Of a DNA stretch of 34,489 nucleotides, positions 1-10,602 are shown in pieces; position 1 is the stretch's first letter, and every line of letters starts with the position of its first letter. The notes below the pieces were generated by a model. The model saw only the letters and a program-made list of their open reading frames with translations. It had not been told where the DNA came from and did no database searches. This stretch comes from an uncultured bacterium. GTDB taxonomy: Bacteria > CBDUZB01 > JAGLHV01. Location: contig CBDUZB010000001.1 in assembly GCA_965371605.1 (NCBI GenBank), positions 1 to 34,489 of the forward strand, written 5' to 3'. A program made the translations under genes and the position numbers.

Positions 1-68
1 AAAAGTTATAATGTTCACGAAAATTTAAAATATTCTATTCTTTCTCTTTTCACTACTTTAAAGGGTTC

Positions 69-1001
69 ATGATGACTATGTGTAAAAAACTATTATCTCT
101 TTTTCTCTTTTTAATTCTTTGCCGAAATTTGTCCCTTGAGGCAACAACAGACAGTAATTCAACTAACTGCTCCCGGATTTGTCCAATTGGCTGCAATGGG
201 GAATTTATTTATTATTTGATTAAAAGTGTTAAACGAAATGAAGATTCTGTTTCTCTAGACAAATTACAATTGGATTTTTCCAAAATAGAAGTCAATACGA
301 ATCTGGCAACTATAATTACCCCTTCGGATATACCTCATAATTTAGAATATTCTGGAATCCAAATCAATATACTCAACCAATTTTTTCCGCAAAATTTGTC
401 AACATTCCCCTTAAAATGGACACTCGAAACAAATATCAAGGAAAATACATACAGTTTATTCTTATCCTCACAAATAGTGGACAAAAAAATTGCCGTAATT
501 GATTTTCCCCTTACGGAATATGAAAAAAACCTTAACCCTTCCGTAACGATTGAACAGTTTTCTTCCTACTTATTTCAGCCTCATAATTTCGTAATGCTTT
601 CTCTGATTAAAGTACTTAAAGACCCTGATTTTGCAGAAGAAACACCTATAATCCAAAGCTACTCATGGGATACCTTTTACAATACTATTCTTCTAAAAAT
701 TTGTAAATTATTAAACAGCGTAGGAATGTCTCTTTATAGAAAGGGAAATTATCAAAAAGCCTATGATTATTTTTTTTCCGCTCAACATGAAAAACTCCCT
801 ATAGCTTACTACAACACTGCTTGTATGAGTTCTCTTCTTGGCGATATTTCCGGTGCTATAGAAAATCTAAAAAATTATATCCCTACGGCACCGGATACAT
901 GGAAAGATAAAATAAAAAAAGATAAAGATTTTGATGGAATCAGAAAAACGCTGGAATTTCAGGAGTTTCTGGAAATTCACGAAACTCTTTCCTCTTTTTA
1001 G
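69..1001 (+). CDS. secreted hypothetical protein with C-terminal TPR-like helices
   Basis: 310-aa ORF with a hydrophobic N-terminal signal-like segment (KKLLSLFLFLILC). The C-terminal GNYQKAYDYFFSAQ...AYYNTACMSSLLGDISGAIENL looks like TPR repeats. No specific family recognised. Confidence 0.5.
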   Translation: MMTMCKKLLSLFLFLILCRNLSLEATTDSNSTNCSRICPIGCNGEFIYYLIKSVKRNEDSVSLDKLQLDFSKIEVNTNLATIITPSDIPHNLEYSGIQINILNQFFPQNLSTFPLKWTLETNIKENTYSLFLSSQIVDKKIAVIDFPLTEYEKNLNPSVTIEQFSSYLFQPHNFVMLSLIKVLKDPDFAEETPIIQSYSWDTFYNTILLKICKLLNSVGMSLYRKGNYQKAYDYFFSAQHEKLPIAYYNTACMSSLLGDISGAIENLKNYIPTAPDTWKDKIKKDKDFDGIRKTLEFQEFLEIHETLSSF

Positions 1002-1014
1002 CCCCCTCAACCCT

Positions 1015-1998
1015 TTATGCTTTTTGGGCACTACCTAAAACCTTTTCATTTTTATGCATATACATTTTAATCAATTCTTCCCGGGCCGGACCTAAATATT
1101 TACGAGGGTCAAATTCTCCCGGTTTCTCCGCAAAAACTCGGCGAATGGTAGCAGTCATTGCTAACCGGCCGTCCGAATCAATATTTATTTTACATACAGC
1201 ACTTTTTGTTGCTTTTCTTAACTGCTCTTCGGGAACACCCACGGCATTTTCCATCTTTCCCCCGAATTTATTAATCATTTCTACATATTCCGGAAGTACT
1301 GAAGAAGCCCCATGCAGTACAATAGGAAATCCGGGAATTCTTTTTTCAATTTCTTCCAAAATATCAAAACGCAACGGAGGAACGCTCTCTCCCGGTTGAA
1401 GCTTAAATTTATAAGCCCCATGGCTGGTTCCTATGGATATAGCCAGGGAATCCACATTCGTTCTTTTCACAAAATCATCCACTTGCTCCGGCTGAGTATA
1501 ATGTGTTACTTCGCTGGAAACATCATCTTCTATCCCTGCCAATACTCCCAGCTCCCCTTCCACTGTTACATCGAGAGGATGGGCATACTCTACGACTTGT
1601 TTGGTTAATTTTATATTCTCTTCATAAGAAAGGGAAGAACCATCTATCATTACAGAAGAAAATCCTGAATCTATACAAGACTTGGCCAATTCAAAACTAT
1701 CCCCATGATCAAGATGTAATGCGATAGGAACATTTTCCCCCATTTCTTTAGCCATTTCTACAACTCCCCCAGCCATATAACGCAAAAGAATTTGATTGGC
1801 ATAGTTTCGTGCCCCTTTGGAAATCTGCAAAATTACCGGTGATTTACTTTTTACACAAGCGGTAATAATAGCCTGTAATTGCTCCATATTGTTGAAATTA
1901 TAAGCAGGAATAGCATATCCTCCTTTATTTGCCTTTTCGAACATTTCCTTAGTATTTACTAAACCTAATTCCTTATACGACACTTTTTTATCCGACAT
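1015..1998 (-). CDS. fba: class II fructose-1,6-bisphosphate aldolase
   Basis: 327-aa ORF with GYAIPAYNFNNMEQLQAII N-terminus and the HLDHG and GTSHGAYKF motifs typical of the zinc-dependent class II aldolase family. Confidence 0.92.
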   Translation of the reverse strand: MSDKKVSYKELGLVNTKEMFEKANKGGYAIPAYNFNNMEQLQAIITACVKSKSPVILQISKGARNYANQILLRYMAGGVVEMAKEMGENVPIALHLDHGDSFELAKSCIDSGFSSVMIDGSSLSYEENIKLTKQVVEYAHPLDVTVEGELGVLAGIEDDVSSEVTHYTQPEQVDDFVKRTNVDSLAISIGTSHGAYKFKLQPGESVPPLRFDILEEIEKRIPGFPIVLHGASSVLPEYVEMINKFGGKMENAVGVPEEQLRKATKSAVCKINIDSDGRLAMTATIRRVFAEKPGEFDPRKYLGPAREELIKMYMHKNEKVLGSAQKA

Positions 1999-2084
1999 TT
2001 CTTCCTCCCTTGTTATAAACTTTTTAGAGTTACATAAAATAATCTTTTTTGTCCTTTGTTTTTTGCAGAACTCTTAAAAAATTT

Positions 2085-3653
2085 TTATTTAGTTACCTGT
2101 ATAAGCTCCTTCTCCCGGCTTTGCCTAATTATTATTAATTGCACACTCAAATTAAAAATGTTATTTATGAACCAGTACAATACCAACCCTGACGGAAATT
2201 TTAAAAATAAAACAACAAACAAAACCGGCATAAAAACTACCATTTTTGCCTGCTGAGGATCCGTAGTTGTCATTTTCTGCTGTAAAAACATAACGATACC
2301 CATAAGTACAGGCAAAATATATAACGGATCATAGGAAGAAAGATCCTTTATCCAGAAAATAAAGGGTGCAAATCTTAATTCCACCGTATTCCGTAAAGTA
2401 GTAAATAGCGCCCAAAAAATGGGAATTTGTAGAATCATAGGTAAACAACCGCCAAAAGGATTGACCTTTCTGGTTTTATAAAGACTCATCATTTCTACAT
2501 TTAGCCGCTTAGGATCTTCTTTATACTTTTCTCTCAACATATTTATTTGCGGTTGTATCCTTTTTAACGATTGCATAGATTTAAAACTTTTCATCGTAAG
2601 CGGCAATAGAACAACCTGTAAAACCATTGTCAAGAACACTATTGACCAACCAAAATTACCGGTAATTTTGTAGAAAAATTTTAAAATAAACAAAACCCCT
2701 TTTCCAATGCTTCCGAAAAATCCAAATTCTACCGTTTCTTCTAACTTTTTTTCTGCCTTTTTCAACCGCTCATACTCTTTGGGGCCTAAATACATATGCA
2801 CCTTGATGTCTTTGTTTTCCCCCGGCCTCAGATTTAAAGAAGTGCTTAACTTTATCTGAGGAATAATTTCCTCTTTTTTTATGTTTGCTTTGGAAAAAAT
2901 ATTTTCTTCCGGAATTATAGCAATTAAAAAATAACTATTATCCACTCCTATCCATTTAATGTCTCCGGTATAGTCGTTGCTTTCTCCTTCTTTTATTTTT
3001 ATCTTTTTTAATAACTTTCCTTCGTGAAATAATAAAGGTTTGATTCCTTGTACACCCCGCCCTTTTTTTATCGCTACATCTTCCGGCCCTACCCCTGCTT
3101 TCCATCCCAGGGTAAATGGTTCTATTCTTTTTTCCACCCCTGAGTTATTAGTTATTTTCATATCTAGTTCTATTAAATAACTATCCCTTTTGAATTTATA
3201 TGTTTTACTAATGGATATGTCCCCGTCCGGAGGATTATATGTAAAGGTAATGCTTCCTTCCGGATAAGACTCATCTAATATTAGATTTTCCTTGTTTACA
3301 GTAAAAATAGCCTCTTTGTAAAAATCCACCGGGGCAGCTGTCTGTTCTTCTAAAAATAAACTGGTCCAGTCTCCTTTTTCTTTTATGCTCCAACCATTTA
3401 TTCCACCACCCAGTGTTGATAAGGAAGCTAAGATTTTATCTGTTTCGACAATTATTTCTTTTCCCTTAGCCCCTACCTTTATTTCCTCCACCTTTTCTAT
3501 TTCCTTATCTCTAATGGTTACCGTCTCTTTTTTTTGCTCCGTTTTTACTGCACTTTCCTTAATCATCACTTTTTTTGTAGGAGAAAAAAACTTAACCCAG
3601 ACACTCAGAACCAACATTGACAAAATTATAGCAACTACTGCTCTTTTTTCCAT
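2085..3653 (-). CDS. yidC: membrane protein insertase YidC (long, diderm-type with periplasmic domain)
   Basis: 522 aa with an N-terminal TM, a large soluble domain and a C-terminal multi-TM core (NPFGGCLPMILQIPIFWALF). Canonical position after rnpA-yidD. Confidence 0.93.
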   Translation of the reverse strand: MEKRAVVAIILSMLVLSVWVKFFSPTKKVMIKESAVKTEQKKETVTIRDKEIEKVEEIKVGAKGKEIIVETDKILASLSTLGGGINGWSIKEKGDWTSLFLEEQTAAPVDFYKEAIFTVNKENLILDESYPEGSITFTYNPPDGDISISKTYKFKRDSYLIELDMKITNNSGVEKRIEPFTLGWKAGVGPEDVAIKKGRGVQGIKPLLFHEGKLLKKIKIKEGESNDYTGDIKWIGVDNSYFLIAIIPEENIFSKANIKKEEIIPQIKLSTSLNLRPGENKDIKVHMYLGPKEYERLKKAEKKLEETVEFGFFGSIGKGVLFILKFFYKITGNFGWSIVFLTMVLQVVLLPLTMKSFKSMQSLKRIQPQINMLREKYKEDPKRLNVEMMSLYKTRKVNPFGGCLPMILQIPIFWALFTTLRNTVELRFAPFIFWIKDLSSYDPLYILPVLMGIVMFLQQKMTTTDPQQAKMVVFMPVLFVVLFLKFPSGLVLYWFINNIFNLSVQLIIIRQSREKELIQVTK

Positions 3654-3689
3654 AATATTCTTTCCTTCTCTTTTTTTTATATTTACAAG

Positions 3690-3905
3690 TCATCCCTTGT
3701 CCAGCGGATCATATCCTCCCGGAGAAAAAGGATGACACTTAACAATCCGTTTTATTCCTAAAAAAAACCCTTTCATCACCCCGTATTTTTGTACTGCTTC
3801 AGATGTATATGCCGAGCATGTTGGATAAAAACGGCAGGTTTTAGGCCAAAAAGAGGATACTTTTTGATATATTTTGATTATTTTTAAAACAATTTTTCTA
3901 CTCAT
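3690..3905 (-). CDS. yidD: membrane protein insertion efficiency factor YidD
   Basis: 71 aa with the [19 protein letters not shown]...[12 protein letters not shown] signature of the YidD/DUF37 family. Lies between rnpA and yidC. Confidence 0.9.
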   Translation of the reverse strand: MSRKIVLKIIKIYQKVSSFWPKTCRFYPTCSAYTSEAVQKYGVMKGFFLGIKRIVKCHPFSPGGYDPLDKG

Positions 3906-3939
3906 TTACAGTTTTTTAGTTAACTAATTTTTTTCTCGC

Positions 3940-4335
3940 TTAAATTATATTTGCTTTTTTCCACAGGTCAAAAACATCTTTTTCCATTTCTTTATATTCC
4001 ATTTCCTGATATTTAATCTCTTTCATATTTAACCTGGCAATCAGAATCATATCCACTACTACAACTAATTTTTCTTTATTTAACCTAAAAACTTCCCTAA
4101 TCAATCTTTTAATCCGGTTTCTTTTTACGGCGTTCCCTATTTTCTTTTTTACAACAATTCCTATCCGCGAATTTAACGGTTTTTCCCCGCTTCCTTTTCC
4201 GGATAAAGAATTTCTTCCTTTCACATACATTACTATTTGCTTATTGGCATACGATTCTTTTCCCCGAAAAACAGCATCAAACTCTTTTCTTAACTTTAGG
4301 TGTTCTTCTCTTTTGAAAGATCTTTCTTTCTTCAT
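3940..4335 (-). CDS. rnpA: ribonuclease P protein component
   Basis: 131-aa basic protein with an RNR-type motif (KKKIGNAVKRNRIKRLIRE). Located immediately downstream of rpmH. Confidence 0.85.
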   Translation of the reverse strand: MKKERSFKREEHLKLRKEFDAVFRGKESYANKQIVMYVKGRNSLSGKGSGEKPLNSRIGIVVKKKIGNAVKRNRIKRLIREVFRLNKEKLVVVVDMILIARLNMKEIKYQEMEYKEMEKDVFDLWKKANII

Positions 4336-4352
4336 TTTTTCTTATCTACTGT

Positions 4353-4487
4353 TTATGCCGTTAATTTTTTTCTTCCCTTTTTTCTTCTCCGGCTTATTAT
4401 TTCTTGTCCTTCTTTTGTAATCATTCTTTTTCTAAATCAGTGGTTCTTTTTTCTTTTCCTTGTGTTTGGCTGAAACGTCCTTTTCAT
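4353..4487 (-). CDS. rpmH: 50S ribosomal protein L34, interrupted by an in-frame TGA at codon 17 (conserved Gly position)
   Basis: Manual reverse-strand translation gives [16 protein letters not shown][TGA][30 protein letters not shown]. It is colinear, gap-free and of the right length (44 codons) for the L34 family, with canonical synteny rpmH-rnpA. The SD GGGAG and a consensus promoter lie upstream. Not in the ORF track because it is under 60 aa. Confidence 0.85.
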
Positions 4488-4538
4488 CTTCTTCTCCCAA
4501 AATACTAAAATTTTTATAATCCCTGGAATTTGAGCCCG

Positions 4539-4567
4539 ATTATACTTTATCGGCCATCCTTTGTCAA
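4539..4567 (-). promoter_or_regulatory. rpmH promoter P1, perfect sigma70 consensus
   Basis: The minus strand reads TTGACA (4567-4562), a 17-nt spacer, then TATAAT (4544-4539), about 50 nt upstream of the rpmH ATG. Confidence 0.6.
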
Positions 4568-4627
4568 GAAAATAAATAAGTGACACTCAATGAAAAATAC
4601 TTGCCTTTTTATTTTTTTTCTTTATTC

Positions 4628-4655
4628 TTTATAATTTATGAAAGAGTTTTGTCAA
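4628..4655 (-). promoter_or_regulatory. candidate second rpmH promoter P2
   Basis: The minus strand reads TTGACA (4655-4650), a 16-nt spacer, then TATAAA (4633-4628). It shares the CTTGACAA context with P1. Confidence 0.4.
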
Positions 4656-4807
4656 GTAAATTTTTTTCCGCTTCCCATTGGAAAATTTCTTTTCCCTTTT
4701 TCTGTCCATTTTGATGGCCAACATTAAGAACTTAAGCTTTTCGCTAAAATGTTAATTCAGTTATTATCTGCCCTGGAATTTTTTTTGGCGACAATTATTT
4801 TTTTTTC

Positions 4808-4836
4808 TTGACTTTTTGCTTTTTTTTGATTAGACT
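4808..4836 (+). promoter_or_regulatory. candidate dnaA promoter
   Basis: TTGACT (4808-4813), a 17-nt spacer, then TAGACT (4831-4836), upstream of the DnaA-box pair and of dnaA. Confidence 0.4.
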
Positions 4837-4929
4837 TTGGATGTCTTTCTTTTTGTTTTGTTTTTTTATTCTCTATTCCTCGCTAAGACTAAAAGCACCT
4901 CAGGTAAAAATGGCTGGAGAAAGAACAGA

Positions 4930-4963
4930 CTTATCCACAATTGTTAGTAAGTTTGTGGATAAG
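4930..4963. promoter_or_regulatory. inverted pair of perfect DnaA boxes (dnaA autoregulation and/or oriC element)
   Basis: TTATCCACA at 4931-4939 and TGTGGATAA at 4954-4962, both 9/9 to the consensus. They form an 11-bp inverted repeat, CTTATCCACAA / TTGTGGATAAG, separated by 12 nt. Confidence 0.75.
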
Positions 4964-5058
4964 TTTTCTTATTCCCTTTTTTCCTTTTATTTTAATACAC
5001 TTTTCGTTTTCCATTGCGGGCGAAAAACATCTCTTCAATCAAAGGAACCTTAAAAATT

Positions 5059-6426
5059 ATGCTTACACCCATGGACAAATTATGGCCTCAAATCTTAGAC
5101 TCTATCAAAAAGGACATAAACGAAGAAAGTTTTTCTTTATGGTTCAGTCCATTAAAGCCGTTATCCTATGACAAAGAAACTCTTCTTATTCAGGTACCAA
5201 ATAAATTTTTTTCCGATTGGTTACAGCAGCATTATTTGGAAAAATTGGAAACTATTTTAACCGCTCTTGTTGACAAAAAAATTATAGTCCGTTTTTCAAT
5301 TTCAAATGCCTCTTCCTCCCATTCCCCTGATGTAGTTGATGCCCCAATAAAAGAAACTGTGGTACAAACACCTGTTTTTAAAGATAATTCTTTTAATCCG
5401 AAGAATACTTTTTCCAGTTTTGTTGTCGGTCCTTCCAATCGTTTTGCCCAGGCTGCTGCCGAAGCAGTAGCAAAATCCCCCGGCCGGGCGTATAATCCAT
5501 TATTTTTTTATGGAGGAGTAGGGCTTGGAAAAACTCATTTACTACATGCAATTGGATATTACATAAAAGAACAAAACCCTCGGGCAAATATTTGTTACCT
5601 AAGTAGTGAACAATTTACAAATGAAATGATAGATTCCCTTCGTAATGACCGTATGGGTAAATTTCATCAAAAATTCAGGGGTTTAGACGCCCTATTAATT
5701 GACGATATTCAGTTTTTAGCCGGAAAGGAGAGTACCCAAGAAATTTTCTTTCACACGTTCAATGCTCTCTATGATGCTCATAAACAGATTGTTATTACTT
5801 CCGATGCCGTTCCTAAAGAAATTCCTACTATTGAAGAACGCCTTCGTTCCCGGTTTGAATGGGGAGTTATTGCCGATATTCAACCACCGGATTTAGAAAC
5901 CAGAATAGCAATTTTAAGGAAAAAAGCTGAAAATGAAAGGCTTTTTGTCCCGGAGGATGTCATCCTCTTTATTGCCTCTCAAATAAAGTCAAATATTAGA
6001 AAATTAGAAGGTTCTTTAATTCGAATAGTAGCTTTTGCTTCCCTTACCGGAAGTGATATTACCGTAGAAAAAACGAAAGAAATACTGAAAGATATTATTA
6101 CTAAAGAAGAAATTTTAATTCCAATTACTCTTACTTCTATACAGAAAGTAATTTGCAGACATTTTAATTTGGCCGTTGCGGATATAAAAAGCAAGAAAAG
6201 GACTGATGCTATTGCTTTTCCCCGTCAAATTGCTATGTACCTGGCTCGTTCACTTACAGAATTATCTACTACGGAAATAGGTGATTTCTTTGGAAAAAGA
6301 GACCACACAACAGTAATGTATGCCTGTGAAAAAATAAAAAATAAATTATGTAAAGATCCTTATTTTACTGCTTTGGTTAATAAAATTATTAATGAAGTAA
6401 AAACAGGTAAAAGTTCTCCTGTATAA
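5059..6426 (+). CDS. dnaA: chromosomal replication initiator DnaA
   Basis: AAA+ Walker A GGVGLGKTHLLHAIG and a C-terminal DNA-binding HTH (AFPRQIAMYLARSLT, DHTTVMYA). The start is placed at ATG 5059 (MLTPMDKLW, AGGAA upstream) rather than the track's TTG at 5014. ATG 5071 is also possible. Confidence 0.93.
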   Translation: MLTPMDKLWPQILDSIKKDINEESFSLWFSPLKPLSYDKETLLIQVPNKFFSDWLQQHYLEKLETILTALVDKKIIVRFSISNASSSHSPDVVDAPIKETVVQTPVFKDNSFNPKNTFSSFVVGPSNRFAQAAAEAVAKSPGRAYNPLFFYGGVGLGKTHLLHAIGYYIKEQNPRANICYLSSEQFTNEMIDSLRNDRMGKFHQKFRGLDALLIDDIQFLAGKESTQEIFFHTFNALYDAHKQIVITSDAVPKEIPTIEERLRSRFEWGVIADIQPPDLETRIAILRKKAENERLFVPEDVILFIASQIKSNIRKLEGSLIRIVAFASLTGSDITVEKTKEILKDIITKEEILIPITLTSIQKVICRHFNLAVADIKSKKRTDAIAFPRQIAMYLARSLTELSTTEIGDFFGKRDHTTVMYACEKIKNKLCKDPYFTALVNKIINEVKTGKSSPV

Positions 6427-6682
6427 CATGTGGATAGTAATAAAATAACTTTCTCTTTTTGTTAATAAGTTTAATTTTCCTTTTTTTTTCTTAGTAGTGT
6501 TAATATTTTTTTATTTCTTTCCTCAGGATATTAGACTTTTTATTTTTGTTTTTTCTTTTATTTTTTATGACATATTTTAAACTTTTTTTTTTTACTAACA
6601 TACTAACACCCCTTATTATGATGATGATTAATTCTTTATATTAGTATTTAATAATAACCCAGCTGTAAAAAAGGAGAAACAA
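6427..6682. other. candidate oriC / DNA-unwinding region in the dnaA-dnaN spacer
   Basis: Near-consensus DnaA box TGTGGATAG at 6429-6437 and a weaker TGTTAATAA at 6460-6468, followed by about 200 bp of very AT-rich DNA with long T tracts. The dnaA-dnaN spacer is a common oriC location. Confidence 0.45.
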
Positions 6683-7798
6683 ATGAAAATTATCTGTTCT
6701 AAAGATGAATTATTAAAAGGTATTCAAATTGCGCAACTAGCAATAAGTAGTAAAACCAATCTTCCTATTTTAACTAATTTTTTATTAGAAACTCAAAAAG
6801 ATAAAATAAAAATGGCAGCCACCGATCTTGAAATAGGAATTAAATGTTATATAAAAGGGGAAATTGTAGAAAAGGGTTCTATTTCCGTTCCTGCCAGAAA
6901 ATTTATTGATATTGTAAAAGAATTACCGGAAGACGAAACCAGTATAAAGGTGAAAGACAATCAAATAAATATAACCAGTGGGAAAGCTAAATTTTCTATT
7001 ACCGGACTCTCCAGTGAAGAATTTCCTGTTTTACCTGAATTTACTCAAAAGGAATATATCGAAATAAATGCAGCCCTTTTAAAGGAAATGATTCAGAAGA
7101 CAGTTTTTGCTGTTTCCCGTGATGAAAGCCGTTATGTATTAAATGGTATTTATTTTATGATAGAGGAAAATAGAATGAAAATGGTAGCAACTGATGGAAG
7201 GAGGTTATGTTTTATTACTAAAGAAATTAGCAATTTAATAACTAAAAAAGAAAAGATAGAAATAATTGTTCCCAGTAAAGCATTAAATGAATTAAAAAAT
7301 TTATTGAATACTGTTGCTGATGAAAAAGAAAAGAAAATAAAGATGGCTATAAGTGAGAATCAAATAATTTTTAAAATAGATGAAACTATTCTTATTTCGA
7401 GATTAATAGAGGGAAGATTTCCAAATTATGAACAGGTAATTCCTCCTTCCAGTAAAATGAAAGTGAAAATAGATGTTCAGCAACTGTTTAAATCAACAAA
7501 AAGGGTTGCTGTTTTAACCAATGAGAGAAGTAATTCTGTAAAGTATATATTAGAAAAAAATAAGCTGAGAATTTTGGCAAATACAGTCGGTTTAGGAGAA
7601 GCAGAGGATGAAATTAGTATAGATTATGATGAGGAACAAATGGAAATAGCCTATAATCCTAATTATGTGATGGATATTCTAAAAAATATTGATACTCCTG
7701 AAATATATTTAGAACTAAATGAACCGCTTAGCCCCGGGGTAATTAAACCAGTGGAAAAAAATGAGTATCTCTGCGTAATAATGCCGATGAAAATATAA
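6683..7798 (+). CDS. dnaN: DNA polymerase III beta sliding clamp
   Basis: 371 aa with a typical beta-clamp N-terminus (MKIICSKDELLKGIQ...LPIL) and three-domain length. Position after dnaA, with SD AAGGAG. Confidence 0.92.
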   Translation: MKIICSKDELLKGIQIAQLAISSKTNLPILTNFLLETQKDKIKMAATDLEIGIKCYIKGEIVEKGSISVPARKFIDIVKELPEDETSIKVKDNQINITSGKAKFSITGLSSEEFPVLPEFTQKEYIEINAALLKEMIQKTVFAVSRDESRYVLNGIYFMIEENRMKMVATDGRRLCFITKEISNLITKKEKIEIIVPSKALNELKNLLNTVADEKEKKIKMAISENQIIFKIDETILISRLIEGRFPNYEQVIPPSSKMKVKIDVQQLFKSTKRVAVLTNERSNSVKYILEKNKLRILANTVGLGEAEDEISIDYDEEQMEIAYNPNYVMDILKNIDTPEIYLELNEPLSPGVIKPVEKNEYLCVIMPMKI

Positions 7799-7824
7799 AA
7801 TGAATGTAAAGAAAGAGAAATAAT

Positions 7825-8109
7825 ATGGGGTTTTCTTCCGCAAGGGAAATTATAAAAGTAATAAAAAGAAGAATAGGATTAAAAGAAGAAAATTATAAGA
7901 TTCATCGGATATGGAAGGAAGTATCCGGGGAAATCGCTCAGCATGCTCAAGTTATTAAAGTACAGCAAGAAAAGATATGGGTAACAGTAGAGTCACCGGT
8001 CTATCTTCAGGAAATTTTTCTTAGGAAAAAAGAACTTGTAGAAAAAATAAATAAAGCTATTGGGGAAGAAAAAATAAAAGATATTAAATTAACAATAAAA
8101 AACATTTGA
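7825..8109 (+). CDS. DUF721 domain protein (DciA-like)
   Basis: 94 aa with the pattern W..V.G.IA.H......Q..K.WV.VES.V.LQE characteristic of DUF721. It sits between dnaN and gyrB, where recF or DUF721 genes usually lie. Confidence 0.6.
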   Translation: MGFSSAREIIKVIKRRIGLKEENYKIHRIWKEVSGEIAQHAQVIKVQQEKIWVTVESPVYLQEIFLRKKELVEKINKAIGEEKIKDIKLTIKNI

Positions 8110-10539
<2,430 letters not shown>

Positions 10540-10602
10540 ATTTTAGGTAGTGTCAAAAATAAAACATGTTTAAAATTAAAAATTTTAAAGGAGGAAAGAA
10601 TT

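Noticed and set aside
1145-1727. Three plus-strand ORFs (1145-1399, 1312-1608, 1503-1727) inside fba
   Set aside because: These are shadow ORFs antisense to a strongly conserved aldolase gene, with low-complexity translations. The same reasoning applies to the other antisense or embedded track ORFs, including 2056-2256, 3385-3735, 4808-5053, 4941-5171, 5232-5587, 5979-6194, 8559-8747, 10725-10955, 11919-12419, 12795-13064, 13393-13659, 15403-15585, 15849-16223, 16279-16565, 19340-19555, 19807-20517, 21257-21469, 22202-22891, 23991-24206, 24651-24947, 25330-25512, 27244-27456, 27759-28010, 29413-29725, 32231-32440, 33304-33498, 33929-34257.
3651-3692. The yidD TGA stop is in frame with the yidC ATG, with 12 sense codons and no stop between them. 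Likewise the DUF721 TGA (8107-8109) is in frame with the gyrB ATG (8128). Both hint at read-through fusions.
   Set aside because: Each has about a one-in-three chance of being in frame and the spacers are short. The protein ends align with normal family C-termini (GGYDP... for YidD), and the spacers contain the SD sequences of the downstream genes. Treated as coincidence unless UGA read-through is shown for rpmH.
4400-4437. Selenocysteine insertion (SECIS) as the explanation for the rpmH UGA
   Set aside because: The 40 nt downstream of the UGA are A-rich (UUUAGAAAAAGAAUGAUUACAAAAGAAGGACAAG) and I can draw no stable stem-loop. Sec replacing a structural Gly is also implausible.
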